Positions 13,288 through 25,184 of a stretch of DNA of 64,000 bases are shown piece by piece (within the stretch, counting starts at the first letter, position 1; the number at the start of each line of letters is the position of its first letter). Source of the stretch: the human T2T-CHM13v2.0 reference genome, Homo sapiens; assembly GCF_009914755.1 (NCBI RefSeq), contig NC_060936.1. The stretch is one strand, 5' to 3'. A model generated the notes under the pieces. That model made no database searches, was not told where the DNA came from, and saw only the letters and a list, made by a program, of their open reading frames with translations. Both the position numbers and the translations under genes were made by a program.

Positions 13288-13425
13288 AGTTTCATGACCT
13301 GTAGAGCCGTTTCTCCTCACTTAGAAGTCTTTCCCCAGTAGGTGCTGTCATGGGTTCCAAATACAATTAACTCTGCCCCTTTGCAGAAAATAATTTCTTG
13401 ATACTCATCAGCTGTTACCACTTTT
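13277..13425 (-). other. PLCZ1: PLCZ1 exon 2 (138 nt 5'UTR plus 11 coding nt)
   Basis: Pyrimidine-rich acceptor CTGCTTTCTCCCTAG| ending at 13426; U12-type donor at 13276. Confidence 0.8.
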
Positions 13426-13846
13426 CTAGGGAGAAAGCAGAGAACACACAGTGGTTTTTTTGCCTTCGTTCTTTGAAGCTAGCTCACACTTAACCATAGA
13501 AACAGTATGCAAGATGTGGTACCTGCACTACCCTGCCCTTGAAACTGTTTGGCTTCTTACGTTCTGACCACCTCCAAACCCACAATATTTGAAAACACAG
13601 CTTTCCCTGATGTCTGGCATTTTTCCATGAACTGCCATTGTATCTCCTTTTATTTTTTACTACTTTGTTTAAACCCCTCAAACCTTTCATCATAATATGC
13701 TTCCAGTGGGTTTGGGCAGCTACTCTGAGAGCCTGAGTATAAATCAACACCATTGTGATTCCTGAAGTTGCAAAGTGCTGTCACTCTTGAAACTTTGGGC
13801 TGCTTCTCTAGATCGTTGACAACATATAATGCACACAGAGACACAC

Positions 13847-13930
13847 CACTTTCGAAGAAGACTGTTCAGGAGGCTAAGTTCTTAAAATCTTCAAAAGAGG
13901 TATAGCTGGTTGGCTGGGCACCACACTGTC
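13847..13930 (-). other. PLCZ1: PLCZ1 non-coding exon 1 (5' end approximate)
   Basis: Candidate donor GTG|GTGTGT at 13846, lying between exon 2 and CAPZA3. The TSS cannot be read from sequence. Confidence 0.55.
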
Positions 13931-14040
13931 AGGTGACTGTCATTTTTTCCTTTTGGTCTGAATTCCCATTGTGATATCATCAGAGGTTCCACACTTCACA
14001 AGGAAAGCTTCTTATGACCTCATCAGGAGGCTCAGACCTT
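13930..14040. promoter_or_regulatory. Shared bidirectional PLCZ1/CAPZA3 promoter with CRE-like motifs
   Basis: Head-to-head genes with start codons about 900 bp apart. TGACTGTCA at 13934-13942, TGATATCA at 13972-13979, TGACCTCA at 14015-14022. No CpG island. Confidence 0.7.
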
Positions 14041-14183
14041 GCCAGACTGCCTGCTTTCATGGATAGACATAAAAACCTTCAGCTTGAATGTTAACACCTT
14101 GATGGGAAAGGTGGCTCATGGAATGTTTTCTTATCCTTTGAACACTCCTCATTTCAGAAGCTTTGCTTCTGTTGCAACCAAAC

Positions 14184-15083
14184 ATGACACTTAGCGTGCT
14201 GAGCAGGAAGGACAAGGAAAGAGTAATTCGCAGACTGTTATTACAGGCCCCTCCAGGGGAATTTGTAAATGCCTTTGATGATCTCTGTCTGCTTATCCGT
14301 GATGAAAAACTTATGCACCACCAAGGTGAGTGTGCAGGCCACCAACACTGCCAAAAATATTCTGTACCACTCTGCATCGATGGAAATCCAGTACTCTTGT
14401 CTCACCACAATGTAATGGGCGACTACCGATTTTTTGACCATCAAAGCAAACTTTCTTTCAAATATGACCTGCTTCAAAATCAGCTGAAAGACATCCAAAG
14501 TCATGGTATCATTCAGAATGAGGCAGAATACCTGAGAGTTGTTCTTCTGTGCGCCTTAAAACTGTATGTGAATGACCACTATCCAAAAGGAAATTGCAAC
14601 ATGCTGAGAAAAACTGTCAAAAGTAAGGAGTACTTGATAGCTTGCATTGAAGATCACAACTATGAAACAGGAGAGTGCTGGAACGGACTTTGGAAATCTA
14701 AATGGATTTTCCAAGTTAACCCATTTCTAACCCAAGTAACGGGAAGAATATTTGTGCAAGCTCACTTCTTCAGGTGTGTCAACCTTCATATTGAAATATC
14801 CAAGGACCTGAAAGAAAGCTTGGAAATAGTTAACCAAGCTCAACTGGCTCTAAGTTTTGCAAGGCTTGTGGAAGAGCAAGAGAACAAATTTCAAGCTGCA
14901 GTCTTGGAAGAATTACAGGAGTTATCCAATGAAGCCCTGAGAAAAATTCTACGAAGGGATCTTCCAGTGACCCGCACTCTTATTGACTGGCACAGGATAC
15001 TCTCTGACTTGAATCTGGTGATGTATCCTAAATTAGGATATGTCATTTATTCAAGAAGTGTGTTGTGCAACTGGATAATATAA
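14184..15083 (+). CDS. CAPZA3: F-actin capping protein subunit alpha-3 (testis-specific), single exon, 299 aa
   Basis: Uninterrupted ORF from ATG 14184 (the track starts at an upstream TTG, 14163) to TAA 15083. Shows CapZ-alpha motifs QAPPGEF, WNGLWKSKW and LRRDLPVTRTLIDW, and matches my recollection of human CAPZA3. Confidence 0.97.
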   Translation: MTLSVLSRKDKERVIRRLLLQAPPGEFVNAFDDLCLLIRDEKLMHHQGECAGHQHCQKYSVPLCIDGNPVLLSHHNVMGDYRFFDHQSKLSFKYDLLQNQLKDIQSHGIIQNEAEYLRVVLLCALKLYVNDHYPKGNCNMLRKTVKSKEYLIACIEDHNYETGECWNGLWKSKWIFQVNPFLTQVTGRIFVQAHFFRCVNLHIEISKDLKESLEIVNQAQLALSFARLVEEQENKFQAAVLEELQELSNEALRKILRRDLPVTRTLIDWHRILSDLNLVMYPKLGYVIYSRSVLCNWII

Positions 15084-15132
15084 AGAATTGCTCCTGGTAA
15101 CTATCTTGATTTGACTTGTTTGTGTTTCTTGG
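15077..15132 (+). terminator. Candidate CAPZA3 proximal poly(A) signal and GU-rich downstream element
   Basis: AATATA (15077-15082) and TATAAA (15079-15084) overlap the stop codon; TTGTTTGTGTTTCTT follows at about 15116-15130. Confidence 0.5.
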
Positions 15133-15380
15133 GAATGGTTATTTTCCTAAAATTGAGCAATCTGTAGAGATGTCTCTCACTTAGCCAATGCAAATTTAAA
15201 TGGGAAAAGTGTAGCAAGTAATTTTACTTGGGGAATATTTATGAACAAGGCAAGAAAGTGTAAAGTAACTGTGTTTCATGGTGGTGACCATCATAAAGAC
15301 CAAGACATTTGTTAGAAACTAAAATAGTTTTATAGAATCTGGGATTCCAGAAATAGTATAGAGGTGGCCAGGGTTAAGGC

Positions 15381-15399
15381 TGTGTGTGGGTGTGTACGT

Positions 15400-15451
<52 letters not shown>
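15381..15451. repeat. Compound (TG)n(AG)n microsatellite
   Basis: Directly visible. Confidence 0.97.
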
Positions 15452-15454
<3 letters not shown>

Positions 15455-15940
15455 TTGACTGTTTCGAACTGAAAAGGTATACAAATGAATATCACTCCAC
15501 AAATGATATTTTACATAACTCAATTCAGTCCTAGACCATCCACGAGATGGGGAATTTCAATAAAAGACATTAGGTTTGGATTTTCCACAAAACCAACAGA
15601 TATCAAAAATCTAGCTCAGATGAAGGACTATTAGTAATTTTGGCTCCTCTTCCACTCTACTTTCTTCCCCTCAAGAATTGGGGTTACTCAAAATCCCTGG
15701 CTTGTCTGATAACTAACATGGTCTTCCAAGCCAACCAGAGAAGCCTGACTTCCCAAACTTTTACAGCCAGGCTTTTGTGAAGTCGTCACTGTAAACACTT
15801 AGAAGTACTTATTACATAACATGGCTTGTGCTAAATATTTTGCATAACATTTTTCATCACTAATCTGGTACTAGTATTATCTCCGTTGTACCTAAGAAAA
15901 ACCTAAGTTCTCAAGTTGTTCACATCTTCCAGACACATAG

Positions 15941-16297
15941 TGTCACAGTTCACTTGTGCTGCTATAACAAAATACCATATATTGAGTAACTCACAAATAA
16001 CAGGAATTTATTGGTCGCAGTTATGGAGGCTGTGAAGTCCAAGACCAAGTTGCTAGCAGATTTAGTGCCTAGTAAAGGTGTGTTTCCTCATAGATAGGAC
16101 TTTCTGACTGTGACCTTACATGGTAAAAGGGGCAAAGCAGCTCTGTAGAACTTCTATTAATGGCACTAATATCGTTTATGAGGGCTCCACTCTCATGGCC
16201 AATCACCTCCCAAAGTCCTCACCTCCTAATACCATCACCTCGGGGACTCAGTTTCAACATATAAATTTTGAGGGACACAAACAATCAGACCGTACCA
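15941..16297 (-). mobile_element. MLT1A-like MaLR solo LTR inserted in a MIR
   Basis: TG...CA ends, perfect 5-bp TSD CATAG (15936-15940 and 16298-16302), MaLR motif tgctgctataacaaaatacc. Confidence 0.88.
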
Positions 16298-16719
16298 CAT
16301 AGTGACAAGTGTATCTGACTTAGTGCTCATGCTTCAGGGTACAACAGTTCCCCATGGAAGCCTATTTCATTATGAGTTATGGACTCTGATGTACATTGAT
16401 TTTGCCAAGCATTCCACCTTAAAGGATATCCCAGAAGAAATGGAACTTGTGACAGCTGTTTTCTAGCCAGAGTAAATCACCTATACACTCACCCTACCAC
16501 TATTCCTAGCAATGTTACTGACCACTGGTATCTGCTCTTTCAATAAATTCCCAAATGTAAAACTCTTTAACAAGATTACAGTACAGCAGTAGGTAGGCCC
16601 CATCCTCCAATTCTGATTTATCTAAGAAGCAAAGTGTTTTGTATTTTGTGTTTATGCAATTGAAAAACAGTTCTAATTCTACTTATTAACATTGGAGCAT
16701 TCAGATCCCGTGCAAGAAT

Positions 16720-16915
16720 TTCTAAACCTCAAACCTCCCCAGCTGATGATTCTTAGAGAATCTCAGGAGAATAACCTGGGATTTATCTTTAAAAATATAC
16801 ATTACTGGGGCCCATCCTAGGATTCTGATTTAGTAGGCTGGGAAATCTGCATTTTAGCAAGTATCAGAGGTTACACTGATGCAAAATATTTCAGGGCCAC
16901 ATTTTAAGAAATGTT
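16720..16915. mobile_element. MER5-like hAT MITE
   Basis: gggcccatcctaggattctgatttagtaggctggg...atctgcattttagcaag core. Confidence 0.6.
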
Positions 16916-18001
16916 CCCTAATCTTAAAATAGCATGTCCTGTGCTTTCTCTTTACTTAATTAAAATCATTTCCCACAAAACCATAGCCCAGTGAAGGCCA
17001 TTGCTACCACTTTACTGCATTTACTATGCACAGACCAAGGACGGGCCTTGCCATGTAAAAAAGGTAAAAACAAACTTTCTAAAGAAAAGCAGAAAAGAAA
17101 GTTGCTCTCATAGCACTAAAATACAGCCATCCAGTGAAGCCTTAAGCAAAAATTTGAATTGATATTATGGTTATATGTGTAAGGGTTGATTTTCCAGATC
17201 ATTGCAGATTAGGACCCAGTGGTTTGTGGGATAATTACAGAGGCATTTAGCTCCTGCTTTAACATAGGGTTTTTTTAAGTAATATTTGTTGATAATTCTG
17301 AATATAAAAGTCACATGTACAAATCGTGGAAAATGCTTAAAGCATAAAGCATTGTGGCCCATTTTCTTCTGTCTAATTTTATAGAACTGCTTTAAATATG
17401 AAGAATAGACAAAATATAAAAATTTGTATCTTGTTCTTTTTTATAACACATATATCATAAACATTGCCCCATGTCATTAAAAACTCCTTGAGCACATAAT
17501 TTTAATTATTTACACAATATTCATACTGTAGATGTCCATAACAAGACAAATCATTTCTCTATTCATATATAATTTAAATTTTTAGCATTTTATCTCTGTT
17601 ATTAATGATGCTATGATGAACATTTGTTTGTCCACATCATAGGTTATTTTCCTTGAGATAAATTCCTTAAAACTGCATATTAAAAAGACATGAACATATT
17701 AATAGTTAATATATATTGCCAAAATGCTTTCCATAAAGATTTTGACAAATTTATCATCCCATTAGTAGCATTAAGAGAGTATCTAGCTCAGCACAGTAAT
17801 CTTGACCATATAATATCAAATTTTTTTGATAAGCAACAAGGAAATCTTAGACAATACAAAACAGGAAAAAAAAGTTATTTCATGAACTTATACTTCATTA
17901 CGTCAAGAGTAGTCCCACAAAGATATTTAATTTGGTAGTTATTTTCCTTATATGGAAATTGGCAGGTCCAGGGAAATGCAGTTACTACCTGTTCCCCGTA
18001 C

Positions 18002-18067
18002 CTCTCTCTCTCTCTCTCTTTCTGTCCTCTCTTCCTCTCTTTTTCTCTGACCTCGCTCTCTCTCTTT

Positions 18068-18113
<46 letters not shown>

Positions 18114-18165
18114 AGACCTGCACTCAAGACACATACATACACACATGCCTACGCACATGCACACA
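18002..18165. repeat. (TC)n/(CA)n compound repeat
   Basis: Directly visible. Confidence 0.95.
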
Positions 18166-19459
18166 TAAAAAATATTTCAGATTGAGGAGTCACTGCATTC
18201 TTTCCCTCAAATCCCACTCCCAACAGAAATATAAGCTCCATGAGAATGATGATCTTGTCAATCTCAAGTACCTAATCCGTTATTGTCTGTCATATGGTAA
18301 GTACTCAAATGAATGAGTGAATGAACAAATCAATAAGGATCACAAAGATAGGAAGCACAGTAGGTTTAACTGGCCTTAAGGTTTTGTAACCCACCAACAC
18401 CCGCTGTCCCTTAGGAGGCATGCATCCCACCGCAGATTCCCAGTGCTGACGTTGTTACCCCTTACTCCAAGGCAGTTCATTCCATTCAGAAACTGCCATT
18501 GGTCTTCTGCTGTGATGAAAACCTTTGCTTTTTTCTGACTCCAAATGGTAGGAGATTTTTCCTCTATCAAATGTAAGAAAATCAAGTTCTTCAAAAGTCA
18601 TACATTTCTTTTCATTTTACATTGATTACATTTTACATGATTCTCTGTCAAAGATTTTCTATCCTTGGAGGCTGGTTCAGAGAGCTAAAGGAATGACCGT
18701 ATCATGTTCTACTCAAGCAGAGGTCCATGAGGAGACTTACATCTTTCAACATGCCTGCATGTTACGGTATGTCCCTGCTGCTCTGGAACATGCCCTGGCT
18801 TCATGAGTGCCTTGTGATTAAAGCATGCTTCATCGTTTCCGCTTTCTTTGCACTTTTATCACTTTATACAACACCTAACTACTCCCTTCTATGTATCATG
18901 CATTTCTGGGAATAATCAACTGGAGCTCCTATTCAACTCTTTGGATGTTCAAAAGCTTATAAAGGCCCTCTCCATAGTAGATTAAATTTTAGTGAGTCAA
19001 TATGAAAAGTGATTTTGGTTCACTGCCACTCAGCCAATTTTTGGCCATGTTACTGATTTATCTCACCTTCTTCTCAATCTTCTCATCATGACGTACCTTA
19101 GATTCTGGCCCCTTTACTTGGATAACTGAAGCAGCTCCCTAGGGTTTGCTACTATTCTTAGAAAATGGGTTACCAGTCTACCTTTTCCTAAATTCTCATG
19201 AAATCTATCTTGACTCTACTTCAGTCACTTGTCTTTCACTCCTGATGAGCAATCTATTTATTCTTTTCTACTAACGTCTGTAGTCTTTTTTATGATATGC
19301 TTTCAAATTTCTCTACTTTACTAAGCTCCACTTCTTCATCACTGCTTCACATAGCAAACGACTTTGTTCCTTCACCGAGAAGACACATTCTTTCGAAAGA
19401 GCTACTGCTGCTTTTCTCTGCATTTAAAAATATGTTTATGCTCTTCTCCTTCCAAATAG

Positions 19460-19819
<360 letters not shown>

Positions 19820-20233
19820 TGGGGTCAGTGGTGATACCCCCTTTATCATTTCTTAGGTAACGTGGCCTAACTGACACAGCTGGTAAGTGGCAAAACTGGA
19901 ATTCCAACTCAGGCCTGTCACACTTCAAAATTCATGCCCTCTACACCTTGCCATGCTGCCTTAACTCTACCCCCTGGCTTCTATTCCATCAGCATAACTA
20001 ACACCCATTCTCAAAAGTTTCAATATCAATTATTCATTCCAATTACCTTTCCTCAGTTATCACAGGGACTTGGTTTTATCTTGAAAACCTTACTTCCTCA
20101 GTTGTGCCTGCATCTTAGTTTATCTCTTCTCTACTTTCTTTCATATCTCCTCATCCACTATTTCTTCCATATCTCCTCATCCACCCCTCAGCCAAACACA
20201 GGCTTCTTCCAACTTTAGTTCTTTGTCCTCTCA

Positions 20234-20590
20234 TTTTTTCAGCTTTACTTAGGTATAATTGAGATACAAAAATTGCACACATTTATGCATATATCTTGAT
20301 GAATTTGGACATATGCATACACCCATGATACCATCACAGCCAAGGTACTAAGCATATCCAACACCTCAAAACATTTCCTTATGTTCATTTGTGAGGTTTT
20401 TTTGTAAAAACATTTGACATGAGATCTATCTTAACATATTTTTAAAGCACACAATGAGGTATTGTTAACCATGTGTACTATGTTGTACAGCAGACATCTA
20501 GAACTTATTCATCTTGCATAACAGAAACTTTATATCCACTGAAGAACAATGTTCCATTTCCCCTATCCCCAGTTCCTGACAATGATTACA
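20234..20590 (-). mobile_element. L1MA/MB 3' end fragment
   Basis: Similar to the 3'UTR at 7910-8560 in this window. Confidence 0.75.
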
Positions 20591-20799
20591 CATTTCCAAT
20601 ATTGCCTACCAGTCCAAGCCATACTATGTCAAAAATCAACATTCCCAGATCCAAATCGCTTCTTTCTTTCCTGTCCCCTAGCCCCACTTCAAACAAATTA
20701 CTCTCTCTTATTTTCCGCTCTTGGAAGCACTATCTTACCATTAACTCAAGGTCAAGATTTTAAGCATTCTTAACTTGTTTTCCAAAGGGAACACACAAA

Positions 20800-21430
20800 G
20801 GGAATGTAAATTAGTCCATCCGTTGTGGAAAGTAGTTTGGTGATTTCTCAAAGAACTTAAAACAGAAGTACCATTCAACCCCTCAATCCCATTATTGGGT
20901 ATATACTCAAACGAATATAAATTGTTCTACCTTAAAGACACATGCACACATATGTTCATTGCAGCACTATTCACAATAGCAAAGTCATAGAATCAACCTA
21001 AATGCCCATCAGCAGTAGACTGGATAAAGAAAATGTGGTACATATACACCATATACAGCCATAAAAAAGAACAAGATTATGTCCTTTGCAGCAACATGGA
21101 TGGAGCTGGAGGCCATAATCCTAAACACACTAACCCAGGAATAGAAAACCAAATACTACATTTTCTCCCATATAAGTGGGATCTAAACATGGAGACAAAG
21201 AAAGGAACAACAGACACTGGGGCCTACTTCAGGGTGGAGGGTCAGAGGAGGGGCAGGATTTAAAAATTACCTGTCGAGTATTATGCTTATTACCAGAGTG
21301 ATGAAATAATCTGTACACCAAACACCTGTCACACACAATGCACCTGTGTAAAAAACCTGCATGTGTACCCCTGAACCTACAATCAAAGATTTTAAAAAGT
21401 AAAATCATAAAATAAAACAACACAAAATAA
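20800..21430 (+). mobile_element. Old primate L1 (L1PA13-16/L1PB-like) 3' end
   Basis: ORF2 end plus 3'UTR and A-rich tail. Confidence 0.85.
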
Positions 21431-21850
21431 AATCCAATAAGTCATTGGATTCCTTTGTTTCTATCCTTGAAAGCATTTTCCATATTTATTCCCTTTGTCA
21501 TTTATTAATTATCCATTTATTAAAATTCAATTCATCATTGGGTCTATTTCTATTTTGCAATTTTTAAAATTTATTCTCTTATCCCCTTAATAATCCTTGT
21601 TATTTTTCACTTATCAAGTTGTCTAACTGGTCTGTTTTCATTTCTTTTTCTCTTAGTCTCCAACCTATTCTATGAAGTTTTTCCAAATTCATCTTTATAA
21701 GCCTCAATTGCTTATTAACTGATATTCCTCACAATCCTGATCAAACACTTTTTACAAATATCTACTAAGTAGGGGATACATTTCAAATTCCCTAGCTTAG
21801 CAGTCTAATGTCCTCCATGACCTGAGTGTCCCTATCTTCCAGCATCTTTT

Positions 21851-22175
21851 CTTTGTCTTTTCTTTTTTCTTTTTTTTTTTTTTTTTTTTGTTTGAGATGG
21901 AGTCTTGCTCTATCGCCCAGGCTGGAGTGCTGTGGTGGGATCTCGGCTCACTGCAACATCCGCCTCCCAGGTTCAAGTGATTCTCATGCCTTAGTCTCCC
22001 AAGTAGCTGAGATTACAGGCATGCGCCACCAGGCCTGGTTATTTTTTCTACGTTTAGTAGAGATGGGGTTTCACCATGTCGGCCAGGCTGGTCTCAAACT
22101 CCTGACCTCAGGTGATCCACCCGCCTCGGCCTTGCAAAGTGCTGGGATTACAGGTGTGAGCCACCGTGCCTGGCC
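21851..22175 (-). mobile_element. AluS-type SINE
   Basis: Full dimer, TSD TCCAGCATCTTTT (21838-21850 and 22176-22188). Confidence 0.95.
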
Positions 22176-22285
22176 TCCAGCATCTTTTTTAAAAAGCCTG
22201 TTCTACTGGCCTCACCAGAGGTGCTCTAAATTCCCTAAAAGTGAACACATTTTATCTCTAATTCTGCCTTGGTACTTGTTCACCT

Positions 22286-22424
22286 TATTTTTGTTTGTTT
22301 GTTTTTCAGAGATGGGAACTTGCTATGTTGCCCAGGCTGGTCTTGAACTCCTGGCCTCAAGGGATCCTCTTGCTCTGGCCTCCCAAGTTGCTAGGATTAC
22401 AGGTGTGAGCCACCGCGCTCAGCC
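22286..22424 (-). mobile_element. FLAM-type Alu monomer
   Basis: Monomer with tail; TGTTCACC on both flanks. Confidence 0.88.
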
Positions 22425-23117
22425 TGTTCACCCTAATTTGAATATTAAATGTGTCTGCGTGTGTTCTGCTTCTGTTAATAAACTAAAGGAGGAATTTTTT
22501 TTTTCATTCTTAGGTAATATAGTGGAAATCTATGAAACACTGTGTCAGACTACATAAGTTCAAGTCTTTATTCTACCAATTACTATCTTTGTAATTTTAG
22601 GCATAGTTAAAACATATGATTTGTTTGATACTCAATTGTTCCATCTGTTAAATGGGGAAGATTTTTGCAACGTTAAAATTAGATAGTGAGTTAATTGTAC
22701 AGCACTTTGCAGCTGCAAATCTGCAGCACCTCGTATGGTGTTTACATATATTTCATGAGCAGTAAATGATTGGTGAATGAGTAAATGTCCAAAAGAAGAG
22801 AACGTCCATCAGTCTCACAGGTTGGCCAGAGCTGGACAGGCAATATTTCCCAGTGATAAGAGAAAGCTTCTGAGAGCATCATTCCCCAGTCCAGCCAAGC
22901 TCTCTACCTTTCAGAAATTCCAATTTACAGATACCTCTGGGTTGGATGTACAGATTTGCAATTAAAAAGTGTTTCATGGTACCTGGCACATAATGAGAAT
23001 ATATAATTTCCTCACTCTGTTATTTCCCTGACAATTCACTCCTGATGTCTTATTACATGCCAAGTGGACATAGATTCTTTAAAAAGGTGCCGGGGGCAAG
23101 ATTTGTCTTCCAAATTC

Positions 23118-23571
23118 AGTAAATCTGGATCCCAACAGGAAACAGATGGACAAATACCAATCTAATAATTCAAAGAAGGTATAATGAAAGAATTATCAAC
23201 AAAGATGTGGAAACACATGGAGTGGTAAAGTAACATGAAAGCAGTTCATATCTTTAGGCCTAGGTTAGGGAGTGGTCACTGGAGCCTGGAAGGAGGAGTC
23301 TATTTATTGGGCCACCATAAGAAGGGGTGTAAACTTCTGTGGAACGACACTGACAGTCTAAAGACATTGCTCAGGGAAAAAGCTAACAGCATAAATGTTC
23401 TCCTCCTTTCTCCAGTCTCCGTCAGGGCTCTCTAGCTAACTCAATCTACAAACGGAGGACAGACAAGAGAGCCCATGAATATAGTCCATACACATCAGCC
23501 TCCACAGGTTAACAATAGGGTGGTGAAGGGAAGAAAGTAAGACTGGAAGAGCAAATAGGAGATATCAAACA
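23118..23571. mobile_element. LTR33-like solo LTR
   Basis: tcccaacaggaaacagatgg start and tagtccatacacatcagcctcc...ggagatatcaaaca end resemble the recalled LTR33 consensus. Confidence 0.6.
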
Positions 23572-25184
23572 TCCATTCATCTGAATGCTATTTCTGACAC
23601 CTTACAGAGCTTCATTTTGATAAGATGAGCATCTGGCATTCACTAAAGATATTTTATCCTTTTGTTCATTTGGAAATGCCATTTGTTTAAGTAAATAAAT
23701 ATATTTTGTATCACTACATAAAAGATGTGTTTGGAAGCTTTTCAAGTAACTGTTCTGTATATTTTAGTCCATTTTAATTCCCCTGAAAAGGACAACCTCT
23801 TCTAGGTTATAAATGCAACAGCTTTCCTGAATTAATTTTGTTACACAAATATAATTCTTACCATACTGTTCTTATCTCCCTAGTCACTTTTCATTCTTAT
23901 TTTAGAATATGTAAAGTGCCCTTGCTTTGCAAACACCATGTTCAGACTCCAAACTCATGCAAATAAAGAAGAATTTGTGGTGCGAATAGGATTTGCTAAT
24001 TGGACAGATTTATTTTCTTCATTCCCTGGGAATGTGATCTGTGACCCTAATGGCATGCAAATGTAGCCTAAATTCAGAGGCAGTTGTGGCATGAGAGAGT
24101 GAGTTAACTTATTGGTATGTAAGACTGCTTTCTTATCAAACCTGGGAAAACCACTCAGCTAGGCAGCCAACAGGCTGATCTCAACACTGTGATTTGCAAA
24201 CACAGTGACAGTGAAGTATCATATAAGGCTTATTACTGAAGATACTGGAAAATTCTATATACATTATATGTTTTTTAGCAGGGATATTGGAATAATTTCT
24301 CAATGCTTCCTAATAAATATTTTGCGCATTCACCTCAGTATTTCATTTTATACCTCATTTTTGGATAAAGTCTCCTTCTACAAAGAATTTTCCTTTTCTT
24401 TGGGAATTTCCTTATGACTAATTCCATTCTTGCCTTGAAAAATTCATGTTGAAGACTTCTGCTGATGAGCCATGTATAAGCTTGAAAACAGTTTGAAGAC
24501 TTTAATAGTTTTGTGTTTTGTTTTTTTCTTTCTTAACTAAAAGACAATAGCCACCATACAGTTTTGTTTCTTCATTTATAGTTCGGGAAACTGAAACAAG
24601 GCCCAGATAATTTGAGTGCTTTTTTAAAACAATCATGCAACTTTAATCAATACTATAGTCCTGGCCCAGCATTATATTCACATTTTGTTCCATTTCCTCT
24701 ATTATTACTAAGCCCATCAGGCAGATCTTAGGAGGGTTTAGACATGTGAGGGTTTGGACACAAAGGATATGGTTGAGCCAACACCTAATTTCAGAGAAGA
24801 TGCTTGGAAAGAGCTTCTCACATTTCCATCATTATGGGGCAGCCCAGCTGTGCATTATGGCAGAAGTAGAATTGGATGTCAATTTTTTTCCCCTGTACCT
24901 TCTGATAATTGGAGGAACTTGCCCTAAGAAAGAAAGTCTCAACAGCTCCATTCTCATTTCTATTTCCAAGTTGCCGACAAGTGGGTGGTACTTTAAAAGA
25001 AAATAATCTACAATTTCTTAGTAAATCAAGGTAACTGTAATGCTCTCATAAGTTGTAACAAATCTTTGAAAAATATCTTCATATGGCTGATGAAGGGTAA
25101 AATTACTGAGACCTTGAGTGGGACGCTATAAAGAAGAGAAGTAAATCTTACCCTTCTTTCTTCTAGCAGTATACACACACTTTG

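Noticed and set aside
14163-14183. N-terminal extension of CAPZA3 in the ORF track
   Set aside because: Starts at TTG; the recognised protein starts at ATG 14184.
21826-22557. 243-aa ORF
   Set aside because: Translation of two antisense Alus; starts at GTG; typical Alu pseudo-peptide.
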